The notes beneath the pieces are model-generated. The model was given only the letters and a program-made list of their open reading frames with translations, was not told the origin of the DNA and ran no database searches. Positions 8,299-16,712 of a DNA stretch of 64,000 bases are shown one piece after another. The stretch is from Patescibacteria group bacterium (GTDB taxonomy: Bacteria > Patescibacteriota > Patescibacteriia > JAHIZJ01). The stretch lies in the NCBI GenBank assembly GCA_028714495.1, contig JAQTMH010000002.1:75471-139470 (forward strand), read 5' to 3'. The position numbers and the translations under genes were made by a program. Position 1 is the first letter of the stretch; the number at the start of each line of letters is the position of its first letter.

Positions 8299-8901
8299 TT
8301 ATTGTATCCTTTTCTTCCGATACTTTCGGTATTCCTCGTCCTTCTTTATCAAATCCTCAATCAGACGCCGGAGATAATCAGCCTTTGAGAGATTGGTATT
8401 ATGGGTTTTCCAGTGGAGATATTGCTCTATTTGATGGGTGATCCGAAGCGTGAATTTAATCGTGGGCGCGCCGGCAAATTCGCTGTCTTCAAGTTGGCCA
8501 AGCATTTCATAAAGTGAGGGTTCAAGCGTCGGCGTGGAATAAATTTTCACCACGACATGGCTCGGAATCTTTTTCGAGGCGAGAAAGACCAGCGGATTGT
8601 TTGCCTGGCTCCCCTTCTCCATGAGATACAGAGTTGGCTTTTTTGCCGAAATAGCGTAAGCCAGGAGATAGCCAATCTCCGGATCGCTCCCCGAACCCTC
8701 AATAACCAAGACATCAATTTGATCAAGCACGCTCTGGCCAAGCTCTTCCGCCTTTTCCATCAGACTTTCGGCAATTTCGCCGGTTGGATTTAAATTTGAT
8801 ATGACAACCGAGCCAGACTGCTCCAAAAGCTTGCGCATCCGGTTTTGATTCTGCCGGGTTGATTCCCTGGCGGTATGGCTGGCAAAGAAGTATATCTTCA
8901 T
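8299..8901 (-). CDS. Nucleoside 2-deoxyribosyltransferase-like domain fused to a C-terminal ribbon-helix-helix-like domain
   Basis: MKIYFFAS, DVLVIEGS..PEIGYLLAYA..KKPTLYL; C-terminus KFTLRIT..IEQYL..SKADYLRRLIE. Confidence 0.65.
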   Translation of the reverse strand: MKIYFFASHTARESTRQNQNRMRKLLEQSGSVVISNLNPTGEIAESLMEKAEELGQSVLDQIDVLVIEGSGSDPEIGYLLAYAISAKKPTLYLMEKGSQANNPLVFLASKKIPSHVVVKIYSTPTLEPSLYEMLGQLEDSEFAGAPTIKFTLRITHQIEQYLHWKTHNTNLSKADYLRRLIEDLIKKDEEYRKYRKKRIQ

Positions 8902-9914
8902 TTTCCCTCCTCCAGAGGCTTCAGAAATTCATTGGCTAGATTTTCGTTGACCAATTCGCGAAGTTGAGTTAATGACTTGGTTTGTCCCAGTGCCCACATT
9001 ACTTTGACCAAAGCCACTTCAGGCAACATGGAAGGAAGCTCAATAAGATGGGGCAACTTCGGGCCTTTTGCCTCTGTCATTTGAGAAAGAAAAACCGGTA
9101 AACGTCTCTGACTGGCGAATCTTTCCAGAAATTGATAGTCTGGTGTTTTTAGCGCCACATCGGTTGCGCGGATTAGCAAACCCTTCACGCCCGGACCAAG
9201 CAGATCCAGACCGCTTTTGAGGTTCATGCCCGGGTGAAGATGGAGACTGAAAACATTCGGTTCAAGCTCAGGATGAACAATTACCGCGGTTCGACGTCGG
9301 CGCTGATGTTCCTCGGATAGCTTTATTCCAAAATCGGCCTTACCCAAACCTTCGCCTGTTGCCTCTGCCAGGCTTTGGGTTTCCGACGGAGTCTTGCGCG
9401 TCTGGGTGGCTCGAAGCAAATGATTTCCGTACATGATCGACACCTCGGCCAAATCCATAGTTGCCACTTGAACCGCGTTGATCAGATTGGCTCGGATTCC
9501 CAGACGTAGGAAGCTGTCAAAAACTTTTTGGCTTCCTTTCACCGGCAGCCCTGGACTGTCTTGCGAGCCGGTCAAGACAATTGGTTTGCCCAAATTTTGA
9601 AGCATAAAGCTAAGAGCCGCTCCAGTATAAACAATTGAATCGAAATCATGGGTAATGACAAAACCGTCATACGCGCTGTAGTTCTTCTTTATCTCCTTAG
9701 CCAGGGTAGTCCAGATCTCCGGAGAAACCGACTCGGCCGCGCCCCCGAAAACAAAAATCGGCTCGATACTTGAAATGACAGCGAGTTCGGGTACGTCATC
9801 CAGCCAAGGCTTGATATCCGATTTGGCGTGAACCTCGGTTGTTTTATCGTTCCGGCTAATGAGAGTGGTACCCCCGCAGAACAAGAGGCAAATTTTCGGT
9901 CGTTTTATCGCCAT
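8898..9914 (-). CDS. Type I L-asparaginase-like protein with a degenerate active site
   Basis: CGGTT, YDGFVITHDFDS (canonical HGTDT), KPIVLTGSQ and MLPEVALVKVMWALG. Confidence 0.85.
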   Translation of the reverse strand: MAIKRPKICLLFCGGTTLISRNDKTTEVHAKSDIKPWLDDVPELAVISSIEPIFVFGGAAESVSPEIWTTLAKEIKKNYSAYDGFVITHDFDSIVYTGAALSFMLQNLGKPIVLTGSQDSPGLPVKGSQKVFDSFLRLGIRANLINAVQVATMDLAEVSIMYGNHLLRATQTRKTPSETQSLAEATGEGLGKADFGIKLSEEHQRRRRTAVIVHPELEPNVFSLHLHPGMNLKSGLDLLGPGVKGLLIRATDVALKTPDYQFLERFASQRRLPVFLSQMTEAKGPKLPHLIELPSMLPEVALVKVMWALGQTKSLTQLRELVNENLANEFLKPLEEGK

Positions 9915-9986
9915 TTCTTAGCGCCGTCTCTATTCTATTAGACGGCTTTAAGTATAAATACTAGCAATTCTTTTGTAAAGCATCGC

Positions 9987-10031
9987 ATCCGCCTTGGGCG
10001 GATTCTTTCATTTTTAATTTTTGAATTTTTC
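9987..10031. repeat. Dispersed palindrome ATCCGCC-NN-GGGCGGAT plus heptamer tail, copy 1
   Basis: 33 nt match to 45445-45477 with 2 mismatches, both at the hairpin centre. Confidence 0.85.
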
Positions 10032-10189
10032 ATAAGACCGAACTTAAGTTCGGATTGAGAAGGCTTTAGCCTGGATGGGAATTCCCTGCCTTTAGTTTCG
10101 ACATTAAATCAAACTCCGGAAGCTTCCGCGCTTCCATCAGATAATGTTTCTCCCTTGGTGAAGAAACCTTTACCCGCCTCTTTATTGAG

Positions 10190-10271
10190 AATTCAAAATG
10201 TAAAATGAAGGAAGCCCGGCATTCGCTGGGCAACAACCATTTTTAATTCTTAATTTTGAATTTTCAATTTC
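10190..10271. repeat. Heptamer run-hairpin-inverted heptamer run element
   Basis: AAAATGTAAAAT, a GCCCGGC/GCTGGGC hairpin, then 27 nt identical to 45467-45493. Confidence 0.8.
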
Positions 10272-10282
10272 CTAATTGGCCC

Positions 10283-10590
10283 AAATAAAAAAGGCCAAGA
10301 GCTTGTCGTGTCTGGGAAGCACCCGCAGTAACCTTGGCGTGATTACTGGGGCAAAGCAACAACACTCTTGGCCTTCGAAAGAAATGGGCAGTACACTGGT
10401 GCGTCTTAGGCGTATACCAGTGCGTTTGCTGTCGGGGCATAGCACAGCTGGCAACGCCCTTGGTCGTTCTTAGGGATTGCCCCGACCACTCCCCCAGTGG
10501 TCCAAGGAGGTCCCCCCCAATTTGAAAGGAATTCTCCTTTCTCCAAGGGATGTCCCGTACTGCCCGAATCTATACTTGCTTAAGGAACAA
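10283..10590 (-). ncRNA. Candidate structured ncRNA, unit B
   Basis: Own promoter; closing stem GGGCAGTAC/GTACTGCCC; internal hairpins; terminal AAGGCCAAGAG/CTCTTGGCCTT stem with a T-tract. Confidence 0.5.
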
Positions 10591-10592
10591 AA

Positions 10593-10622
10593 ATATAATA
10601 ACAGTTCTATTCTTTCTGTCAA
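10593..10622 (-). promoter_or_regulatory. Promoter of unit B
   Basis: TTGACA-N18-TATATT. Confidence 0.55.
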
Positions 10623-10624
10623 CC

Positions 10625-10878
10625 AATAAAAAAGGGCCAAAGCTATCGTGGGGCAACAGGAGGCATGCGAACGCGCCGCGAGAAAAAACGATAGCCTTGG
10701 CCTTTATCACACAGGCAAAGGGCTTTTAGTTGTCAAACCAGTTGTTAGACTCTGAAGGCTTCCCTTGCCTTACTAGGCCGGCAGGACGGGTAAGCTGAGG
10801 ATTCCAGAAAGGTAGCTTGATGGCAGTCATGGCTGCTACCGACGGATCTCACGCGCCCTGCCGCAGTCACGAAAGTAT
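10625..10878 (-). ncRNA. Candidate structured ncRNA, unit A
   Basis: Own promoter; three long imperfect hairpins, the last being GGCCAAGGCTATCGT/ACGATAGCTTTGGCC followed by T6. Confidence 0.5.
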
Positions 10879-10884
10879 GTCCTT

Positions 10885-10912
10885 ATATTAACACCACTGA
10901 TTTTGAAGTCAA
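10885..10912 (-). promoter_or_regulatory. Promoter of unit A
   Basis: TTGACT-N16-TAATAT with a TGn extension. Confidence 0.6.
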
Positions 10913-11023
10913 GACTCAATAAAAACCCCTGGTTCCCAAAGCGCTTCGTGGTGCTTTGGGTGGTAAAGCTGCTTGCGAAAGGACTTTGCCTGATCAAAAG
11001 CAGGAAGCGCGTAAGTCCTAAAA

Positions 11024-12307
11024 TCAATTATTTTGCCACTCTGGTCCTTGTCTAACTAAAAGCTCTGAAGCCCGCATGGGTTCAGCCATCAGCTCTTTGA
11101 CGACCTTCTCGAGTCTGGCCACTTGGGAACCTTTAACTAGGATCAGGTCGCCTGGTTTAATTCGGTCTTCAAGGAACTTACCGGCTGGCTCAGCGTAATC
11201 AAATGAATATATTTCTTCTTTTGGAAAACCCTGGGCTTGGGCAGCCTCGGCGATTATTTTCGCCTTTTCGCCGACTGTCACCAGATAATTCACACACGAT
11301 ACCGCCATCTCCCCTACTTCACGATGGCCCTGTTCAGTATAGGAACCGAGTTCAGCCATATCACCAAGTACCGCGTATTTCGCGCCTCTAGCCGGGAGTT
11401 CCTCAAGTGTTTTTAAGGCAGCCACGGCGGCGGTCGGCGAAGAATTATAAGAATCGTCTATGATAAGAGTTTTTTTAATTCCAGCGATCAGGTTCATTCG
11501 GCCGGCTGGTGGACGAAACCCTTTTATCCTCTCGCTCATTTCCACGGCGTTCAAATTAAAACCTGAACCCACGGCCAGGGCCGCGATCGCCGCGTAAATC
11601 TGATGTCGGCCGATGGCGTGCGGCAGAAAAACTGGGAAGGTGCTGCCGTGGAATTTAACCTTAAAACTCAAACCCGGTGTCGCCTCCTTGGTCTGATCTT
11701 CGCTTAGTCGAATATCAAAGGCTCGAATACCCGCTTCCTCGCTAAAACCATAGGTTACAACTTGAGCGCTGGTTTTTTCGCGCATGGGTATAACCAAATC
11801 ATCATCATTGTTTAAAACCGCCCAGCCGGCTGTGGGCAGGCTTTTTATCAGGTGGCTTTTTTCCTGGGCAATCCTTTCTATCTTCGAAAAGTACTCGAGA
11901 TGGACTGGCCCGACCGCCGTAACCACGCCCACAAATGGCCTAGTAAATTTAACTAGATATTGGATGTCTCCGGGATGGTCAGCGCCCATTTCTAAAATCA
12001 AGATCTGGGGATAATCAACCCTCGGGCCATAAATCAGGCGCCAGCCATACAGAAATACTCCCAGCCAAGCCAGGGGATTTTTTCTCCCAGATTCACGACC
12101 AATAATTGTCAGGGGTACGCCGATTTCATTATTGTAATTTTTCTGATTGCGACGGCATTTGTAATGGCTGCTCATAACCGTAAAGATCGCCTCTTTAGTC
12201 GAGGTTTTCCCAACGCTACCGGTAATGCCGATAACTTTTGGTTGATAGCGATGGAGGATTTTCCTGGCTAGGTAACGGAGGATCGATTGGAGAACTTTTT
12301 TAGACAT
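11024..12307 (-). CDS. murF: UDP-N-acetylmuramoyl-tripeptide--D-Ala-D-Ala ligase
   Basis: ITGSVGKTSTKE, NNEIGVPLT, IDDSYNSSP, LGDMAELG and LVKGS. Confidence 0.93.
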   Translation of the reverse strand: MSKKVLQSILRYLARKILHRYQPKVIGITGSVGKTSTKEAIFTVMSSHYKCRRNQKNYNNEIGVPLTIIGRESGRKNPLAWLGVFLYGWRLIYGPRVDYPQILILEMGADHPGDIQYLVKFTRPFVGVVTAVGPVHLEYFSKIERIAQEKSHLIKSLPTAGWAVLNNDDDLVIPMREKTSAQVVTYGFSEEAGIRAFDIRLSEDQTKEATPGLSFKVKFHGSTFPVFLPHAIGRHQIYAAIAALAVGSGFNLNAVEMSERIKGFRPPAGRMNLIAGIKKTLIIDDSYNSSPTAAVAALKTLEELPARGAKYAVLGDMAELGSYTEQGHREVGEMAVSCVNYLVTVGEKAKIIAEAAQAQGFPKEEIYSFDYAEPAGKFLEDRIKPGDLILVKGSQVARLEKVVKELMAEPMRASELLVRQGPEWQNN

Positions 12308-12352
12308 TTTAGGTGAAAATACAAATTTCTATAAACATTCGAATCTCGAATT

Positions 12353-14113
12353 TTACTCTTGATCTGTTCTCGTTGGCGGCACTTCATAGTAGTTTAGCAA
12401 AAATTCGGCAATATCGCCAAAAAGCGGGGCCGCTGAACTTTCCGCCCAAATCACATCTTTGGGTACGTCCAACTTCACCACCATCACGAATGAAGGATTA
12501 TCAACCGGGCCGTATCCGGCAAAAGTACCGATGGTTCGATTTGGATCGTAGCCAGCTCGATCAGTATTGGGTATCTGAGCCGTGCCCGTCTTACCGGCTA
12601 TGTAATACCCTTTAACGCCAGCTTGCTTGCCGTGACCGTTCTCTACCACCCGCACCAACATGGCGCCTAAGGTAGCTGCTGTTTTTGAAGAAATTACCTG
12701 TCTTATTTCCTTGGGTTGAGTTTTTACCTTGACGCCGTTGTCGCTTATTATTTCGTCAACAATATACGGCTGTAAAAGTTTTCCCCCATTGGCGATTGCC
12801 AAAAATGCTTTAGCTATCTGCAAGGGCGTCACCGTAATGCCCTGCCCGAATGAAGCTGTCGAGCGATATATATCCCTCATCTTGGAGAGTGAACTGATAT
12901 CACCGGTAGATTCTGAATCGAGCGTAATATCGGTCGCTTCACCAAAGCCGAAAGATTTCACATACTCATAAAATTTTTCGTTGCCAATTTGCTCTGAGGC
13001 ATAGATCGCGCCGGTGTTTATCGAATTTTCCAAAACTTCGGTCATGGTCTGCTCCCCGTAAACCTTGTTGTCAGCATTGCGAATAGTATATTTGCCGATC
13101 TGGACGCTTCCTTCATCGACATATTTACTGTTGGGTCCAACCGCGCCCTCATTAATCGCCGAGGCCATGGTGAAGGGTTTAAAAACTGAACCGGGCTCGT
13201 ATTGATTATAAATTGCTCGGTTGATAAAAATATTTTGATCTTCAACTTCATTATACTTGTTCGGGTCAAAATCCGGGACATTGCACATAGCGATAATCGC
13301 TCCAGTTTTTGGATCGAGAATAATCAGGCTGCCGGAGTCAGCGCCGTGCTTTTCAACCGCTTTGGCCAATTTATCGCAAGCGGTAAATTGAATAGTCCGG
13401 TCAAGTGTCAAGACAACGTCTGTCCCGTCGACCGCTTCCTGTAATTTCGTATCACCCATCGTAATCCAGCGGCCCCCCGCGTCAAGTTGCGCCTGAAAAA
13501 ATCCTGCCTGTCCAGCCAGCTCTTTATCAAAATAGCCCTCGATGCCATACTGGCCTTTGCGCTCATCACCCTGATAGCCGACAAAACCCGTTACGTGACT
13601 GAAATATTCGCCTTCGGGATAATAACGGTAGCTTTCATCAGAGAATTCAATGCCGTCCAACTTTAATTCTTTTATTTTTGTCACGGTTTCTTCAGGAACT
13701 TGATGTTTCAACGGTTCATAAAGATCGTCGGCCTTTTGTAAACGAGGCAATATTTCTTCGGCTTCTAATTCAAGAATCGGGGCCAGTTTATCGGCCGTCT
13801 CTTCAGCCTTGGTTATCTTTTTTGGAACCGCGTAAACCAGCTGGTATGTCTTATTTGTGGCTATAGAATAGAGGTCGTTTCCCGAATAACGATCATGGAC
13901 ATAAATTTCGCCGCGCTGAGGCACCAGCTTTTCATAAATATCGTGCTGGTCCGAGGCCAGGGCGGCGTAAAAGCCGTGTTGAAAAACTTGTAGCACAAAC
14001 AAGCGATAAGTAATCGCGGCCACAAAAACAAAAATGACCACGCTGAGAAAAGTCAATCGGTCAAAACGCCTTTCCGAACGACGTTTTGTCTCAAATCTTT
14101 TCCGCCAGACCAT
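12353..14113 (-). CDS. ftsI: Class B penicillin-binding protein (FtsI/SpoVD type)
   Basis: EPGSVFK (SxxK), SIN (SxN) and KTGTAQ; dcw position. Confidence 0.9.
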   Translation of the reverse strand: MVWRKRFETKRRSERRFDRLTFLSVVIFVFVAAITYRLFVLQVFQHGFYAALASDQHDIYEKLVPQRGEIYVHDRYSGNDLYSIATNKTYQLVYAVPKKITKAEETADKLAPILELEAEEILPRLQKADDLYEPLKHQVPEETVTKIKELKLDGIEFSDESYRYYPEGEYFSHVTGFVGYQGDERKGQYGIEGYFDKELAGQAGFFQAQLDAGGRWITMGDTKLQEAVDGTDVVLTLDRTIQFTACDKLAKAVEKHGADSGSLIILDPKTGAIIAMCNVPDFDPNKYNEVEDQNIFINRAIYNQYEPGSVFKPFTMASAINEGAVGPNSKYVDEGSVQIGKYTIRNADNKVYGEQTMTEVLENSINTGAIYASEQIGNEKFYEYVKSFGFGEATDITLDSESTGDISSLSKMRDIYRSTASFGQGITVTPLQIAKAFLAIANGGKLLQPYIVDEIISDNGVKVKTQPKEIRQVISSKTAATLGAMLVRVVENGHGKQAGVKGYYIAGKTGTAQIPNTDRAGYDPNRTIGTFAGYGPVDNPSFVMVVKLDVPKDVIWAESSAAPLFGDIAEFLLNYYEVPPTRTDQE

Positions 14114-14148
14114 GGCCTAAATAATCAATTCAAAGATTTTTCTATAAA

Positions 14149-14517
14149 CTAGCGCTCTAAAGCGACGGCGCCTTGAGTCGGTTCAAGATATTCAAGCTTC
14201 GTCCTAGCAACTAGCTGGAGGCGCTCAGTCGCTGCCTGAATTTTCTGCAGGGATTGGAGATCGGCCACCTGTAGCTCCATCTTTTGGCTGGATTCCTGGA
14301 GATTTTTAATATCTTTATTCAAACTATCGATCGCAAAACCACTGGTCGCGGTCCGATTCACCTGAACCAGATAAGCCAAACCAAGAACAACAATTAGAAC
14401 GAGTAAAGCGATATTTAAAGTCTTCGGCTTTTGACTCAGACGCTGAAACAAACTCGGCCGCTTAGTCGCCGCATATTTCTGCTGATTAGTTTTGCACAAG
14501 AAGAAGTATTTAGACAT
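14149..14517 (-). CDS. FtsL-like cell division protein
   Basis: Single TM plus coiled coil, located between rsmH and ftsI. Confidence 0.7.
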   Translation of the reverse strand: MSKYFFLCKTNQQKYAATKRPSLFQRLSQKPKTLNIALLVLIVVLGLAYLVQVNRTATSGFAIDSLNKDIKNLQESSQKMELQVADLQSLQKIQAATERLQLVARTKLEYLEPTQGAVALER

Positions 14518-14523
14518 AAAAAA

Positions 14524-15486
14524 TCAAATTTTTTCTGCCACCCTCAAGTGGGCGCTCCGCGAACGGGGGTTTTCCCTCCGTTCGACTGCCCCAGCCGTGA
14601 CGCCCTTTTTGGTCAGACGCTTTAGGCTGGCCCGGTGATGGCACTGGCAAACGGGGATTTCCGGCGGGCAAATACATTTACGACTTTCTCGCTGAAAAAA
14701 ATCTTTGACGATTTTATCCTCCAGAGAATGGAAGCTGATTACCGCCAGCCGTCCGCCTGTTTTTAGAATGCTCAGCGCCCCTTCAAGACCCTTGGGCAAA
14801 TTAGACAGTTCGCGATTAACAGCCAGGCGCAGGGCTTGAAAAGTTTTCGTGGCTGGATGAGTGCCCCCCACCCAGGGCTTTGGTTTATGTGAATGAAGCT
14901 TATTGATATATACCCGGAGTATAGCCGCGGTCAAATCGCCGACTTTAGAAAATTTTTGTTTTTGACGGAAGAGGAGAATTTCTTTGGCGATTTGGCGAGT
15001 ATGGTTTTCTTGGCCATACTCCGATAGTATTTTTGTTAGTTCATTTTCAGGGTACGTGTTTAGGATGTCAGCGGCTGTCAGACCTTCTCCCGACATCCGC
15101 ATATCCAGGGGTGCCTCGGGCTTCAGGAAAGAAAATCCCCGAGTTTCGTCCCCGAGCTCAAATGATGATACGCCAAGATCGAGTAGAAAAGCACTAATTG
15201 GAAGATTTCGAAATTGTTCATGATGAATCCGAGGTAAATTTACAAAGTTTGTCTGAAAGAGATGAACGCGTCTACCGAATCTGGCCAATCTTTTTTTGGC
15301 GGCCGCGATAGCTTTCGGATCAAGGTCGCAGCCGATCAACTGACCCTGAGGCGCCGTTTTCTCTAAAATCGCTTCGGCATGCCCGCCTCCGCCGATAGTT
15401 CCGTCAATAACATTGAAGTTTGGTTTCAGGTCAAGCCAGGAAATCGTCTCCTTGAGAAGAACGGGCGTATGGAACTCTGTTGTCAT
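14524..15486 (-). CDS. rsmH: 16S rRNA m4C1402 methyltransferase
   Basis: HTPVLL, DGTIGGGGH, DLGVSS, HPATKTFQALR, ISFHSLED and NPRSRSA. Confidence 0.97.
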   Translation of the reverse strand: MTTEFHTPVLLKETISWLDLKPNFNVIDGTIGGGGHAEAILEKTAPQGQLIGCDLDPKAIAAAKKRLARFGRRVHLFQTNFVNLPRIHHEQFRNLPISAFLLDLGVSSFELGDETRGFSFLKPEAPLDMRMSGEGLTAADILNTYPENELTKILSEYGQENHTRQIAKEILLFRQKQKFSKVGDLTAAILRVYINKLHSHKPKPWVGGTHPATKTFQALRLAVNRELSNLPKGLEGALSILKTGGRLAVISFHSLEDKIVKDFFQRESRKCICPPEIPVCQCHHRASLKRLTKKGVTAGAVERRENPRSRSAHLRVAEKI

Positions 15487-15491
15487 GGTAC

Positions 15492-15923
15492 TTATACCCC
15501 CAATTCACCCAGGGCTTCAGCAATGTCACCGGAATTTTTTTCAGTACCCAGTTTGTACTTTTCCCAAACCAGAGCGTCCCAGATTTCCAACCGGTTGTAT
15601 AAACCCGCGATAACCACCTTTTTCTTGATCGAAGCGTATTTCCTTAAATAATCCGGCAAAATGACCCTCCCCTGCTTATCAACATCCGCATCCATGGCCC
15701 CAGCCAGCATTAAACGCGCGAAAGCCCTGGTATTCGCCTGGCTGATCGGGAGCTTGGCCAAACGGTCAGCCAGCTTAGTCCATTCCTCTTTGGTGTATAA
15801 AAACAAGCAATTATCAAGACCGCGAGTTACGACCGCGCCTTTTGACAAGTCTGTCCGGAATTTCACCGGTACAGCCACTCGGCCTTTTTCATCTAGATTA
15901 TGATGATACTCTCCGATAAACAT
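15492..15923 (-). CDS. mraZ: Division/cell wall cluster regulator MraZ
   Basis: MFIGEYHHNLDEKGRV, DKQGRVILP and RLEIWD. Confidence 0.97.
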   Translation of the reverse strand: MFIGEYHHNLDEKGRVAVPVKFRTDLSKGAVVTRGLDNCLFLYTKEEWTKLADRLAKLPISQANTRAFARLMLAGAMDADVDKQGRVILPDYLRKYASIKKKVVIAGLYNRLEIWDALVWEKYKLGTEKNSGDIAEALGELGV

Positions 15924-15975
15924 TTATGTGTGCTTTAGACTAAGGTGTGTTATCCACCATTGTTATGGGTTATCC

Positions 15976-16037
15976 CCACTTTTATCCACTTTCAACCACT
16001 CTATTACCATTTTACACCACAACAACACACGCGTCAA
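15976..16037 (-). promoter_or_regulatory. mraZ promoter overlapped by MraZ-type GTGG boxes
   Basis: TTGACG-N17-TAAAAT; CCAC/CCAT at 15976, 15986, 15996, 16007 and 16017 (about 10-bp period). Confidence 0.8.
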
Positions 16038-16154
16038 CACTATGTTACAACAGTTTTTATACCTAAAGGTCAAGTTTTTTGGATAAAAAACAGTCCCCTT
16101 TCAATATCTTGTGTGGGGTTGAGAAAAATGACACTAAATAACCGGCATGTGCCC

Positions 16155-16183
16155 TTGACAGAATATTTTTTATTTGCTAATAT
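16155..16183 (+). promoter_or_regulatory. Strong sigma70-type promoter
   Basis: TTGACA-N17-TAATAT with a TGn extension. Confidence 0.75.
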
Positions 16184-16253
16184 TATCTGTTTTGCTGTTC
16201 CTTCGCATCTATGCGCTGCATTAATTCCTAGGTCTTCGAATGAAGGAGGGGTT

Positions 16254-16433
16254 ATGTGCCGCCGAAGGTCAAGAGGCAGCATTCCTGATCGAATCCGAGC
16301 TGCTGAGAATCGGGTGAGCCGACGTTTGCCCAGGGACAAGGCCGACCACATCCAGGCGCTCAACCGAATCATTCAGGGACGGCCACCCAGACCCGTGCCC
16401 TTCTCCGATCTCCGCCAACCCATCACCACCTAG
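16254..16433 (+). CDS. Small Arg-rich hypothetical protein (59 aa)
   Basis: AAGGAGGGG ribosome-binding site, own promoter and terminator; MCRRRSRGSIPDRIRAAENR... Confidence 0.55.
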   Translation: MCRRRSRGSIPDRIRAAENRVSRRLPRDKADHIQALNRIIQGRPPRPVPFSDLRQPITT

Positions 16434-16456
16434 CCCACCAGCGAGCGCAGCACAAA

Positions 16457-16496
16457 AAGCCATCCAAGCTTTCTAGCAAGGGTGGCTTCTTTTTTT
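16457..16496 (+). terminator. Intrinsic terminator
   Basis: AAGCCATCC/GGGTGGCTT stem followed by CTTTTTTT. Confidence 0.65.
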
Positions 16497-16527
16497 ATTA
16501 ATTATTACAAAAAACCATGACCAGCCG

Positions 16528-16652
16528 CTGGGGGGTCTGGGGGAAATCCTGAGCGTCAAGGTAGGCTATACAAAGTGGCTATGCTAATGAGAGCGAATAT
16601 TTCCCCCAGCAGTTCTTTTCTGTCACTTTTCTTGCTGTCAAGAAAAGTGACA
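16528..16652. repeat. Double-hairpin intergenic element
   Basis: CTGGGGGAAAT/ATTTCCCCCAG arms plus a perfect 14-bp stem TGTCACTTTTCTTG/CAAGAAAAGTGACA. Confidence 0.6.
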
Positions 16653-16712
16653 AAATATTAACGCAAGTAAAAATGATAATCCTTGCCTATGTATATGTGA
16701 TATCAATATGTA

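Noticed and set aside
10095-10145. Possible hammerhead ribozyme (CTGATGG..GAAAC on the minus strand)
   Set aside because: The core is not CUGANGA, and GAAA does not directly follow stem II
10272-10473. 60-aa and 65-aa ORFs over unit B
   Set aside because: Non-ATG starts, no recognisable motifs, and they cross the terminator hairpin
15950-15990. DnaA boxes or oriC (TTATCCAC)
   Set aside because: Imperfect matches, better explained as periodic MraZ boxes; no dnaA or unwinding element nearby
15945-16253. 5' part of the 162-aa ORF
   Set aside because: It spans two promoters and the MraZ operator; only the part from ATG 16254 has an SD
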